The notes under the pieces are model-generated. The model ran no database searches. It was not told the origin of the DNA and saw nothing but the letters and a program-made list of their open reading frames with translations. Shown here piece after piece: positions 13,401 to 48,200 of a DNA stretch of 64,000 bases; position 1 is the first letter of the stretch, and each line of letters starts with the position of its first letter. Position numbers and translations under genes: made by a program. The stretch is from Paraspadella gotoi. Taxonomy: Eukaryota > Animalia > Chaetognatha. Location: NCBI GenBank assembly GCA_051294375.1, contig CM119264.1, forward strand, positions 23,123,955 to 23,187,954, given 5' to 3'.

Positions 13401-14697
13401 CTCGTGATAGCTGCTGAAGCGTCGGATCGATATAGCGGAATTGTGGTCGAATGACAGTCAATATAGTAAATGTTAAGAAAAATAAAGTTGAAACATTTAC
13501 GAACCCGATAATCTTAATCCATTTTTGTGAGAAATCTATCGAGATTTGTCTTCGCGTTTTTGGCGAAGCCTACATAATCGCTTGAAGTCTCTACGTTTGT
13601 TCGTTTTATAAGTTCATTCGATCTGTGTTCATCGGCTCGTTTAATGTTGTTTCGCGCCTTTCGACAGCTTTGTTTTGTTTTGTTTTGTTTTGTTTTCCTT
13701 CTTTCGTTCGCGTCTGCCAGTACACGAGGTTGCTGCGTATTTCTTTTTTTTATCCAACAGTTAAACGTTAAAACTCGATTTATCTTATTTTATTGGATTT
13801 TTAAGCGGAATTTTCAGCCTCGATATTTTCTTTTCTTTTCTTGCTTCTTATCCAAGTAAAACGAAATGTTTTTTTTTCGCTTTTAAAACTACACCTTTTT
13901 TAAGTAATTTTTACATTTTCTATGGATTTCCGTGTGTATTTCTCTATGTCAAAGAGAATCAACTGTAAATTTAAATTTTTACAGATTAGCGAAATAATCC
14001 GGTTAACTCTAAAACTTCTTTTTTATTACTAAATACAACTACGAAAAGTTATAATTTCAGCTAGCTATGTATTTAAACAGAAAACATTTTCTTTTCTTCC
14101 TCTGGTTTGTGGGGTAAAAATGTTTTTAATGATTTTTGTTTCTTTCAATAATTTTTTTGGGTTTCAACGATTTTCACAAGTGAGATATATTGACATGTAT
14201 ACAAATCAAAAGATTGTCAAGTACAGGGTGTTGAGTTTAAACTAGTCGATATACAGCGTGACCGCGAATGTATAGGCAAAGATCATAAATAATCAACTCG
14301 GACGAAATCGCGTATTAACACTTGCAATTCACCCACTTTACTACATTAAATTAAATATATCTTTTCTGGTGATATTAAATATAAACCATGCAGCTCCCCA
14401 CTGTACACAAAAGAATTATGCTCATTTACATAATCACAGTTAAGGATACTTTTATTACAGCGTACCAACGAAATGGAATAGTACAATAATTTACGAATGG
14501 TTTATGATAAAATACCTGACAATACTTCACCTCGATACAATACAAAAATAAACAAAACAATAAGTAAGAGGCTAATTATTTTTTTTGAATCTTGAATATG
14601 TAAAATAAAATATTTTTTCAAATGTTGTTGTTGTTGTTTTATTATTTATTTTGCTTTTTATTTTGTATTTCTTGTTTTTGCTCCACAAATATTTCGA

Positions 14698-36245
<21,548 letters not shown>

Positions 36246-36366
36246 CCTGTCGCGATAGTTCTGACGATTGACGTCCTGTGAGAAAATCAAATCAGATCTC
36301 CATCTGTTTGATGCGTTTATATCACACAATTAAGTTTAGAAACACGTCTCGCTCACAAAAATTTAC

Positions 36367-36730
36367 CTGTAACTAGTCAGCGGATTGAGTCGTTCGACAG
36401 GTTCCCTTTTTTTTTCGTCGCTACAGCTGTAGTCAAAAGTGATTTTTTCGGTTGGGGAAATTTTCACGATTCATTTTGCTGTTGGTTTATTTCCTTTCGG
36501 TTTCAACGTCGTTTTCACGCAATTCGACAACCGAAAACGATGTTGTTTTGTTAGTACAATCGTTTACGGGTTTTAGTTCCGTCGATAATCACGTTTATTA
36601 CAGGTAAGATGACACGGGCGCCATTTTGAAAACGCGCCTCCCAGCGACAAAAATGGCAACGCCGTCGATGACGTCGTAAGAAGTCACCGATAACGTCACG
36701 ATGTTTTCATGTGACGTCACGAGCAACGGA
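36367..36730 (-). promoter_or_regulatory. Probable tensin promoter and 5'UTR exon
   Basis: Donor CAG|GTAAAT at 36366 with an in-frame TAG just upstream (non-coding exon); YY1-like AAAATGGCGC (36618-36627, minus strand) and CRE palindrome TGACGTCA (36712-36719) in a CpG-rich patch. Confidence 0.4.
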
Positions 36731-37689
36731 AAAGACGTCGTCATCCAGTGGACAACTTTACCAGCGACGTCCGACGGCGAAAACACATTTTTTTTTGTTG
36801 CTGGAGTAAAAAAATTTTGTTAAAGAGGAAGCAAAGTCAGTGGGTTGAATCAATCCATGGTGAATGCTGCTGCTGAAGCTGCAAAAGTTCCCGCGTCGAC
36901 GCTGCAGTCGCCGCCGCTGCGGTTGCAAAAATGATAAAGATGCGTGCCGCGGCAGAAAACTGCGGCAGATTGCTGCAGCGAAACCTCGAAGCTGAACGTC
37001 GACTTGTGTTGTCAATGAAATCCCGGTGAAGGTTGCCCTGTCAACGGACTTGGGCATTGGGCAAGGAGTTTCTAAGGGTTGCTGTCAATCAAATACGACC
37101 ATATCTTGGTAATGCTGAATTATCGTGGAAGAACTGGATAAATCAAAATGTAATAATAACTCGTTGAGTTCTATAGACGTTAAAAAAATAGTATCTTGGA
37201 TAATCTACTTCTCTATTTTGTTTCGAATTAGGAAAAAAATTTTAAATTGAAAAATATTTAAAGACTAAAGAGTCAATAAAACTTATAAGTCGATAAGAGA
37301 GAAGAAAGAGGAAACAAAAAATCTGTTATGAGGCAAAGAGGCCTCGTTTCATTCAAAACATATCATGGATGATATAAAAACGTGACTGTCATTCCTTTGT
37401 TTAAAAAAAATGTTCTTTTCGGTATGTTGTTTTTCAAATTGTACAATAACTGAATCAAAAACACGTCAAAGTAGTAAAATTAGGATTCGAATGTATTACT
37501 TTCATATTAATCTAATCTAATTTTGTAACCTTGTAAATATAAAGAAAGTAACCATAGCCAAAGGCATGGCGAAAACAAAGTTCCCAGTTAAAGATCCTGA
37601 TCAATAATCATTGGAGAAAGAAAAAAATAAAACAACAAAAAATGTGATGAATTGGATTCTTGTTAAGCGGACGTTGCGATCAAAAAAAT

Positions 37690-37750
<61 letters not shown>

Positions 37751-38356
37751 AGAGTGAGATTTCCAAGGTGGTCGATCCTCTGGAGAGGGTGGTCGGTGGT
37801 GGGTGAGTTGGTCGAGGAGGCGTTCAAGATCGAGCGCGATTCGATCCTGCTGCGCACGACGCAGCCGCCCTACCGCCCGACGCTGCCGAAGTTGAGGCTG
37901 TCCGAATTGGTTGCCCGACGCTGCTGTCCGATGCAGCCTCCGGAGATGTCCGCCCGACGTAGAATTGTTGGCTAATTTCTTGAATTCGGCGATGCAGCTG
38001 AAGTTCTAGGAGAAATTGCGAGCGCCGCAGAACGGACCGCGTCTGGAGCTGCTGATGAAGCGGCGGCAGAATCTCCTGCTGTGGCTGAGGCGGCGGTAGC
38101 TGTTGACGAGGCAGCGGCTGCGGCTGGGGCGGCGTTGACGGACAAATGAAGAAAAAAAGATAGAGAAGAAATTTTAAAAACGGAAATAATGAAAGAAAAT
38201 TATAAGATAGAAATAAAAAAAACATGTAAAAAATATATAAATGAGTCTGAAATGAACCAAATGAAGAAGAAAAGAAAAAAAAGAAAAGAAATAAAAGAAA
38301 AGGAAAGAAAAGAAAAGCAAAGAAAAAAAATGAAAAGAAAAGAAAGAAAGAAAGAG

Positions 38357-38391
<35 letters not shown>

Positions 38392-39381
38392 AATAAAGAA
38401 CTAAAGAAAGAAAGAAAGAAACAAGAAAGAAAAAAGAGAGAAAAAAAGAAAGGAAGAAAGAAAAAAAAGAAGAAAATATACAAGATACATCTTGGCTGTT
38501 CTACTCTTAACAACTTAACAATTATGAAAATACAGTATATTAACCAATTTGAATTATTAAAAGATAATCATGGGATATTCAACTAGTTTTTTTTGGCTAG
38601 TTAGAACTAGTCATTTCATATATACGGATTGCACTCTTGCTTGCTTTTTTATCAGTTTTTCTTTTTTACAGATTTTTTTAAAGGTCTTAGATTTGCCGCG
38701 GATTTGTTTGGCTTTTTACGATTTTTTGAGGTGGTGCTCTTCAAGTCAAGAAACCTCTGAAGATTAAGGTTTGATGACCTTTGAGATTTAATAATACAAC
38801 ACGTTATATTTGTAAAAAACATTACCTGTGGGTGAATATGAACGTTCATGCGAGTGACAGAGAGTCATTTAAGATCTGTCAAATTTCGACTTGTATCTTG
38901 TGTCACATTGAATTTAACTCTTATTATATAGAGAACTGTTGAACTTGACTCACGCAAACAAACGCTCTCACCTCGTTTGCGACAAGTATTTAAAATGTGC
39001 CGGTTAAATATTGAGCCGATAAAAATGAGGCGGTTAAAAAAACAAGAGACCATTAAAAAAAGAAACCGAAAATTAAAAGAGAATCGAAAAACATTGAAAC
39101 GGTATACTTAACAGTGAGATGAAAAAAGGTGTGAGATCCGTGGCAAAAAAATCGACTCAGCAAAAATTAAATTGACTGTGAATGTGATGAAAAAAACTCC
39201 GTCATAATTGAGACATGCCGCTATTTCTAACTTTTTTAAATGGGAGAGAGAGAGATGGAGGAGAGACAGGGGCGAGGAGAGAGACGAGGAGAGGAGAGAG
39301 GGAGGGAGAGAGAGAGAGGCGAGAGAGGAGAGAGCAGAGAAGAGAGAGAGAGAGAGAGAGGACAGAGAGAGAGGAGAGAAG

Positions 39382-39421
<40 letters not shown>

Positions 39422-40120
39422 AATTGTTAATGCAAGGAAAATAAAACATGGCTTGCAAACAAAAATAATAAATGAAATCAAACTGTTTCCTCACAATTGC
39501 TTAATAAAAAAAAACAATAAGAATAACATAATATTGCAAGGCGTTACATTTATATACTGATAATTAGCGACTAGAAAATATGATCCAACTTCGCCAAGAG
39601 TGAATCTCCGTGAGAACAATCGAATTTTCATTTTGAATCGCTATCATTCACAGAAAAAATTTTTTTAAAAAATCACATCTGAAAAACACATCTTAAATTT
39701 TGAGCGGAGGCGTTGTTTTCTGTTTTCCCTAAAAATAAGAGGATTTTTTTAATACAATTTTTCTAATCTTTTTTTAATTCTTTTTACATTTTTTTTCTTT
39801 TCACGAATTCTTTTCTACATCAGGACTAAAACTGAGACTGAAATCGAAGTTAAAATCACAACAAAAAGAGGATAAAATAATAGCAAAAATTCGGAGTTCA
39901 TAGTAAATATAAAATAGACAACGATATAAATTATTATTTAAGTATGAAATATAACTTATTCAATCATTGATTTTATTTAATATCTGAGAATAAATCTAGA
40001 TTAAAATCTAAAATAAAATCGAAATCGAGATTAGAATCGAGATTAAAACCGGGACTAAAATCGCGAAAATCGAGATAAGTACTGAAAAATGTCGGCAGTG
40101 AAATGAAATCCCACTTGAAT

Positions 40121-40213
40121 CACGACGACGACGACGACGACGACGACGACCACGACGACGACGACGACGACGTCGACCACGACGACGACCACGACGACGA
40201 CGACGACGACGAC
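40121..40213. repeat. (GAC)n microsatellite
   Basis: Directly visible with few interruptions. Confidence 0.95.
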
Positions 40214-40290
40214 AAGTAAGAAGATAAATGGATTTGTTTTCTTTGGTAATTACCGGATAATCAAATTTGATGCGACGAGATTTTATCCCA

Positions 40291-40435
40291 ACATAAAAGC
40301 CGCCAGTCCGAATAAAACGCCACCCACCGGAATAAAATGCCGGCCGTCCGAATAAAACGCCGGTTGTCCGTATAAAACGCCATCCACCGGAATAAAATGC
40401 CGGCCGTCCGGATAAAACGCCTCCCGTCCGAATAT
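40291..40435. repeat. 20-bp minisatellite (AATAAAACGCCGGCCGTCCG-like), ~7 copies
   Basis: Units start every 20 nt from 40291 to 40431. Confidence 0.85.
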
Positions 40436-40690
40436 AACTTGATGAACTCTTGTCATGTTATTTGTGGTTGGGTTTTTACCGGAATATACCGCAAGTACGC
40501 TGTCTTTTCGATGAAAAAAATTCAGTTAAATGAACCAATGCAATCTATATATACAAATATATATACATATATATATATATAATTATACATAATTTTACTA
40601 AATTAAAATATATTATGACGAGAACGACGACAAAGACGATGACTGTAAGATCGACGAATAATAATAAACACAGGAAGAGAATCGTTTTTT

Positions 40691-40741
<51 letters not shown>

Positions 40742-40999
40742 GTTTATAAACAAAGAGAGTTTTTGTCGCACCATTGATTTTTATCTCGAGGGAGACTTTA
40801 GTCTGTGAATCATCGAATCAACCTCGTCGTTGTTGTTGTCGTCGTCGTCGTTGTCATCGTCGTTTACAAAAAAGTCTCACAAAAAAAAAACTGAAAAAGG
40901 AGAATCGCATGCATGTCTAAATTTTTTTTTCTACTGTGATAACCCTAGATAGGTGTTCGAAACATCCTCATAAAAAGAAAAAGAGAGATAATGAAAAAC

Positions 41000-41080
<81 letters not shown>

Positions 41081-41228
41081 AAAGAGAGAGAAGAGAGAGT
41101 TTAGGTTTAAAAACTTCAAATATAAAAACGAGAAAAACCTTAAAACCGTAGGATTTGTTGTCCCACATTTTTTTCGTTAGGAGGCTTTTAAAATTATATC
41201 TTTTTTAAATCTTTCAGTATTTAATTAA

Positions 41229-41305
<77 letters not shown>

Positions 41306-42879
41306 GAGAGAGATAATAGTGGCAAATTTCGTCGGAAGTAACTTTTTAGAAAAAAAAATAAAAGTTTCGAAATATGATTTTTATCTTTTTAGCATATCTC
41401 TCTGGACCAAACTTTATCCATTTTTTTGGTTTTTACTATAGATATTAAAAACCCAACTTATCTCTCGTCATGGTGGTTTTAAACTAGAAAGCAAATCTAT
41501 TAAAGCCTGCCATATATGTATTTTAATAGATTGTCTCTATCCAGATTCCATTCCAGTTCTAATTTTGAATTTGTTTATAATGTGGTAGAACGAACAATTT
41601 GTATTTGCGACATAAACTTAAATGAGTCAGGACACAACGAATCATACAAAGTATTGGAATTAATATTGGTGAAAGAAATAAAAAGTTTGGAAAAAAGGAC
41701 TCATGCAAAAAAAAAAAAAAACATTAATAAGTAGTTGTTTTTTTTAAATACGTAATCATCGAGTCGAAATCCCAGTGGCAGTCTTTGTTAGTGTTCGCGG
41801 TCGGAAGGATTTTTGTAGAGAGTCAGAAAAAAAAATATCATTAAGATATCATTAATCCGATCGTCGAATTAATTTTTCTTCGCGTTTTTTTTCTTTCTCT
41901 CCTTCCAAAAAACCCCTAAACTATGGGAAGGTATGTTGCTCATTCCCATATAAAATTAGATTCAAGATGGTTGATATTTTTTTTCAGAATCAAAAATTCC
42001 ACTCGACTTTTGGTTGGATTCTACAGTTGGAAAAAGAAATTAGACGCTGAACGAGAGAAAATAAAAAAAACGACAGTCAAAAATTCCCCAAAAAATCCAT
42101 TATGAAATAAAATAGTACTTATAAACGCGATGAGAGAATAAATTTTCCACCATGGCTACATAATTTTTAAAGAAGATTTTAACGCAATGTAATGAGAAAT
42201 TATTGACCACGCAATACAAGAAAAAAACAAAAAAACAAAACGCATGGCTGCTCAGAAATATCAATTTAAAAAAAAACCTAAAAATAAACACCCAACATTT
42301 TCTATTTAACGTTTTTTGAGTTGTAGGAGTAGAACTGGGGTCAGGAGTAGAGTTGGGGTTCTGGAATAGAGTTTGGGTAAGGAAGAGTTGGGCTAAGGAG
42401 CAAAGTTGGGCTAAGGAGCAGAATTGTTGTAAGAAGGTGCGGAATGAAAATCGGGAAAGGATCGAGAGTGAAAAGATTTGGGTGGAGAAGAAGAGCTGAA
42501 CCAGTGAGGAAGAAGAGGAGGAGGAGGAGGAGGAGGTGGAGGAGGAAAGTCCATCCAATTAAAGGAGGTGCGCGAATTTTTCTTTCGCTGGTGGGAGGAG
42601 GAAAATAAATTTTCCTGAGGCTTTTTTACCCTCGCGTCATCCTCGTTGTCGTTGTTGTTGTTGTCGTAGTCGTTGTCATCTTCATCCTCTTTGTCCGCCT
42701 CGTCCTCGTCATCTTCGTCGTCGTTGTCATCTTCATTCTCTTGGTCTTTGTTTTTGGCGAATCTGGGTGAATCTCGAGCTTTTGACGAGCTCGTCCGCGT
42801 TGTTGTTGTATTTTCTGTTGTCGTTGTTGTTGTTGTTTTAGATTTCGTCGTCGTTGTTGTCGCATTTACAATTCTTGTC

Positions 42880-45321
42880 TCAGTTGCTGAGAAAGTAGAT
42901 GAAGCAGAAGAGAACGAAGATAATAGGGAGAATAATGCGGCACGACATCTCCAAAATCCTAGGAAAGAAAAAAGAAACAGAATTTCTTACTTGCTTTCTT
43001 GCTTGCTTGATTATTTCATTTTTTCGGTCTTTCTTTTCCATTCCATTCCATTCTTTTCCAACCTGACGGCGATTCCTATCTTTTGCTTGGCGAGGATGTG
43101 GACCAAGCAGAACTCCAGAATCGGGATGGTGACCAGGATGTAACTCATTAGCATCCAAGTGTCAATCGCGGTGAAGTAAGAAGTGTCGGGCAGCGCGTGT
43201 CGCGAGGTGGTGTAAAGGACGACGAGAATGAGCACGCACATGATGCCTGCAACGAGATGCAGTCAGATAGCAGTTTTCGTGCAAGGTGCAAACATATGAG
43301 TGAGAGAACACTCAATCGGAGAAGAGATCTAACAATAGGTCGAGACGCAATGAATCGAGCAAACAATCGCACCGCGTTTTACAAAGCACGATACTCACCC
43401 AAGCACCATATTAGTGAAATTACCCCAAGCTTCTTACTCTATATTTTCACACAATTCACACAATCACTGACCGACGGTGGCGCGGGCGGCGGCGTGCGTC
43501 TTATCTATGAGGGTGATGACCCAAGAGGCGATGATGACGAAGATGGCGGGGATGTAGATGAGGTTGGTGTAAAACGCGAGGTCGCGATCCAACTGGAGAT
43601 CCACTTTGATGCAGGGGAATGTGCCTGTGGAGAAAGAGAGGGGGTCAAGAAAGACGTGGAGAACAATATTAAGACGTTGTGCTACTGACCCGTTGAGTAA
43701 GTCTTGTCACACTTGCTCGTTAGCGAGTTTTCCAAGTGGAAGTGGCCGGGAGAAACCTGAGACGTTAGATTTATGAGGATTGGATAACGTTTATTAAGTT
43801 ATTTTTTAAAGATAATAAGATAATAAGATAATAAGATAATAAGACGTTTTCACCTTTTCCGAGATTCTGATCGGTGAATCCTCCTTCCACTCCAACACTA
43901 TGTCGTTTGTCGTGTGACCGTAAGACTCAATCACCAGCCCACAGTGCTGTATGATTAATATGTAAAAAATATACCATATACCGTATATGGTAAAAACATT
44001 ATACCAATTCATTAATAGGGAAGCCAGGTACTCTGAGAGTGAATAAACGAGACTGTGAGAGAGTCCTGATTGAAAGCTTGGGACCTGCTATGTCATTATC
44101 TTGTAAGAGTGGAGGCCTTAAAGCCCCAATTTCATATATATATAAACAAAAACATTGACAAACATGATGAGGAAATTCTTAGACATCCACCTGCGTGTCG
44201 AACGGCAGGGACTCGAATTTCATGGGACAAGAAACGTCCAACGCGATTCGTTCCGAGTAAAACACGTCGCCGTTGGAGTAAATGCGGACGTACCGGTTGC
44301 TAGCCTGCGGTGAGTGTTAGAGAAAAGCTGAGTATTGATAAGAAAATAGATTAAATAAAAATGTTTCTATTTCTTTTTTCTGGTTTAAGTACTAAAGTCT
44401 GACTGCAATATGCAAATGAGATTTTTATACGTTTCGTTGAGATTTTCTCACTTGCGCTTCGTTGCCGAAAGTCCTCTTCTCGTTGGAGAAGTAATAATCG
44501 GGTTTCCAGACGAGATCAGCGCTGTCGCTGCTCAAGGTCACGTGACCCGCGACTTTCCCAGCGAAGCGAGGGTCCTTCCAGGTCATCCTAATGGGGGGTA
44601 GGAAAAGGAAAAGGAAAAGGAAAAGGAAAAGGAAAGAAAGATGACTCGCATAAAACCTTTTATCCAAGCAACTAAGTGAATCCAATGGGGATCACGTGAT
44701 CTTCTCTCGACCCACCTGAGGTAAATGGTGAGGCTCATGTCCAAATCCCGGTCGCGCACGTTCATTCGTTCGGTGTAGACCTGAGCCGTGACTTTGACCG
44801 GCTGTTTGCCGTGATTGGGCCGGACGCGTTTGTCGTAGCCTGGGGATATGAGAAGGTAAGTTGCAAGGTAAGGGAAAGAGAGAGGAGGGCAAGTGAAAAA
44901 ATGGAAGTTAAAGGCAGAGGGGAAGGGAAGAAAGAGAGAAAAGAGAAAAGATAAGAAAAGAGAAGAAAAGAGAAACGATAAGAAAAGGGAAGAAAAGAGA
45001 AAAGATAATAAGAGGGAAGAAAAGAGAAAAGATAAGAAAAGGGAAGAAAAGAGAAACGATAAGAAAAGGGAAGAAAAGAGAAAAGATAAGAAAAAGGAAA
45101 AAAAGAGAATATGAGGCAAAGGATAGGAAGTAAAGGTGGGGGAAAGAAAATAAGTAGAAGTGCAGAGTATTGTTTTTGTTTTTAATTATTGCTCCTTTAT
45201 CAGTTTTCAATTATCAACAATACTATTTACCTTGAAAGATTCGCTCAAGTTGAGCGTCTTTCGCTTGAGTCAATCCCACGATCGCAGCGAAAAGACCCAG
45301 AAGGAAAAGTTTGGACCCCAT
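42880..45321 (-). CDS. Cys-loop ligand-gated ion channel subunit A (GlyR/GluCl-type), 346 aa; exons 45321-45231, 44839-44716, 44587-44452, 44304-44191, 43946-43854, 43756-43690, 43624-43472, 43246-43063, 42958-42880
   Basis: Signal peptide MGSKLFLLGLFAAIVGLTQA; GYDKRVRP; YLRMTWKDPRF; VWKPDYYFSNEK; Cys-loop CPMKFESLPFDTQHC; loop B IESYGHTTND; loop C CDKTYSTGTFPC; M1-M4 present. The exons total 1,041 nt in frame. Confidence 0.95.
44935..45100. repeat. 27-bp purine-rich minisatellite in intron 1 of channel A
   Basis: GAAGAAAAGAGAAAAGATAAGAAAAGG-like units, ~6 copies. Confidence 0.8.
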
Positions 45322-45920
45322 CTGGAAAACAGTGTAATGAATTTCGGTTCGCTTGAGTTGAGAAGAACTAATTCTGTTGGAAACGGAATGGGAAGGAAGT
45401 CTGGATCCGAGGTCAACTTATATATGATCCAATGAAGAAAGATATAAGTGGGTCTTTCGAAAACAACCTGGGAATTAGACCTAGTCAGAGAAAAACATCG
45501 GAATATTGATTAATATTAACATGAAATAAGTCATAAGTGGTAGAACTTGGCGCTCATTGTAATCTGTGCTACCAAATGAAGGATATATACGAATGATTTA
45601 TGAATTATTGCATATCATTTGAACTATTTTGTCCAATGAAAATGTCCAAGCAGAGGAATGATTTGTATAAAAATTTTGTATAAAAATTTTAACTATATAA
45701 GAAATTCTTTTTTAAGTTCGGCCACGCCCTCTTCCGCTCGAGTCTCATCATCAAAAAACCCAAAAAACCTAAAAAATAATTCTCAAAAGTTAAAAAAAAA
45801 TAGCATAAAAAACTAAAAACTGAAGTTTGAAAACCAAATATCCCGAGGGAGGGATTTTTTTAAAAGGGGGCGAAGAAATAAGAAAGATGTGAGATAGGAG
45901 ATTCTCTCTTGAGAGGGAGG

Positions 45921-45990
<70 letters not shown>

Positions 45991-46353
45991 AATTTATGCA
46001 GGAAAATCCCAAGATCGCGAAATAAATCGTCGTCGTTATCGTCATCATCATCGTGGTCTTCATTGTCGTCGTTAAGTCCTTCACGGTAGAATCCCGGTCA
46101 ACGCTTTGAAAAATTTGTTCTTTTATGTCTTTTAAAAGTTTTTTTTTTTCATTACGGTACATACCGTTGCTGATCGATGTTGGTTTATAAGTCAGAAAAT
46201 TGATTTACCTTTCATTCTACTTTCTTTGATTCCTCTTTCTTCTCTTTCATTCTCTCCCCTTGCTCTTTGCAACTCCCACGCAATGCTTGATATCTCTCTC
46301 TCTTTGATCTGCCCGTTCCAAGAAGTGGNNNNNNNNNNNNNNNNNNNNNNNNN

Positions 46354-46481
46354 GAGAGGAGAGATGAGAGGAGAGAGAAGGAAGAATCGTAAAAACCTAT
46401 AAAACCTTGAAATTCTTCCCGGTGTTCTTCACCCAAGCCTCTCCCCCGGCGGCCAAGGAAGATTGCGCGTGAAGATAGATT

Positions 46482-46514
<33 letters not shown>

Positions 46515-46642
46515 AGGAGAGAGAGAGGGAGAGAGAGGAAGAATCGTAAAAACTATAAAACCTTGAAATTCCTTCCGGTGTCTTCACCCAAGCCTCTCCC
46601 CCGGCGGCCAAGGAAGATTGCGCGGTGAATGATAGAAAGGAG

Positions 46643-46674
<32 letters not shown>

Positions 46675-46788
46675 GGAGAGAGAAGGAAGAATCGTAAAAC
46701 TAATAAAACCTTGAAATTCTTCCGGTGTTTTTCACCAAGCCTCTCCCCCGCGGCCAAGGAAGATTGCGCGTGAATGATAGAAAGAGAG

Positions 46789-46820
<32 letters not shown>

Positions 46821-46923
46821 AGAGAAGAGGTGCGATGTAAAACTATAAAACCTTGAAATTCTTCCGGTGTTTTTCACCCAAGCCTCTCCCCCGGCGGCCA
46901 AGGAAGATTGCGCGTGAATGATA

Positions 46924-46968
<45 letters not shown>

Positions 46969-47074
46969 GGGAGAGAGAGAGGAGAATCGTAAAACTAAAA
47001 ACCTTGAAATTCTTCCGGTGTTTTTTCACCCAAGCCTCTCCCCCGGCGGCCAAGGAAGATTGCGCGTGAATGAT

Positions 47075-47120
<46 letters not shown>

Positions 47121-47223
47121 GGAGAGAGGGAGAAGAGGAAAATCGTAAAACTATAAAACCTTGAAATCTTCCGGTGTTCTTCACCCAAGCCTCTCCCCCG
47201 CGGCCAAGGAAGATTGCGCGTGA

Positions 47224-47272
<49 letters not shown>

Positions 47273-47518
47273 GAATCGTAAAACTATAAAACCTTGAAAT
47301 TCTTCCGGTGTTTTCACCCAAGCCTCTCCCCCGGGCGCCAAGGAAGATTGCGCGTGAATGATAGAAGAGAGAGGGAAGAGAGAGGAGAGAGAGAAGAGGG
47401 GAGAGAGAGAGGGAGAGAGAGGAAGAATCGTAAAACTATAAAACCTTGAAATTCTTCCGGTGTTTTTCACCCAAGCCTCTCCCCCGCGGCCAAGGAAGAT
47501 TGCGGCGTGAATGATAGA

Positions 47519-47555
<37 letters not shown>

Positions 47556-47672
47556 GGAGAGAGAGGAGAATCGTAAAACTATAAAACCTTGAAATTCTTC
47601 CGGGTGTTCTTCACCCAAGCCTCTCCCCCGGCGGCCAAGGAAGATTGCGCGTGAATGATAGAAAGAAGAGAG

Positions 47673-47710
<38 letters not shown>

Positions 47711-47807
47711 AGAATCGTAAACTATAAAAACCTTGAAATTCTTCCGGTGTTCTTCACCCAAGCCTCTCCCCCCGGCGGCCAAGGAAGATTGCGCGTGAAA
47801 TGATAGA

Positions 47808-47843
<36 letters not shown>

Positions 47844-48200
47844 AGGGAGAGAGAGGAAGAATCGTAAAACTATAAAACCTTGAAATTTTCCGGTGTTCTT
47901 CACCCAAGCCTCTCCCCGCCGGGCAGAGAAGATTGGCGTGAAGAACACCTCGGAAGAATTTCAAGGTTTATAGTTTACGATTGTCCTCTCTCTGATCTCT
48001 CTCTCTCCTCTCTCTGCTCTCTCTCTCTCTCTCTTCTATCATTCACGCGCAATCTTTGCCTTGGCCGCCGGGGGGAGAGGCTTGGGTGAAGGAACATCCG
48101 TAAGAATTTTCAAGGTTTTTAGTTTTTACGATTCTTCCTCTCTCTCTCTCTCTCTCTCTTCTCTCTCGTTCTCTCTCTCTCTCCTCTCTCTCTCTCTTTA
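46354..48200. repeat. Satellite array: ~145-bp unit (~98-bp constant core plus variable GA tract), 11 direct copies then ~1.6 inverted copies
   Basis: Core GAAGAATCGTAAAACTATAAAACCTTGAAATTCTTCCGGTGTTCTTCACCCAAGCCTCTCCCCCGGCGGCCAAGGAAGATTGCGCGTGAATGATAGA at ~46381, 46538, 46686, 46830, 46982, 47138, 47270, 47422, 47565, 47709 and 47856; reverse complement from ~47935. Confidence 0.95.

Noticed and set aside
13060-13461. ORFs 13062-13454 (+) and 13060-13461 (-)
   Set aside because: Wrong frame or strand; the spliced third frame gives the EF-hand protein.
46430-46460. HDV-like ribozyme in the satellite unit (GCC-TCTCCCCC-GGC resembles P3/L3)
   Set aside because: No P1 partner strand upstream and no J4/2-P2 elements; no hammerhead CTGANGA...GAAA core either.
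46381-47925. CRISPR-like repeat-spacer appearance
   Set aside because: Repeats are ~98 bp, the spacers are GA microsatellite rather than unique sequence, there are no cas genes, and the context is eukaryotic.
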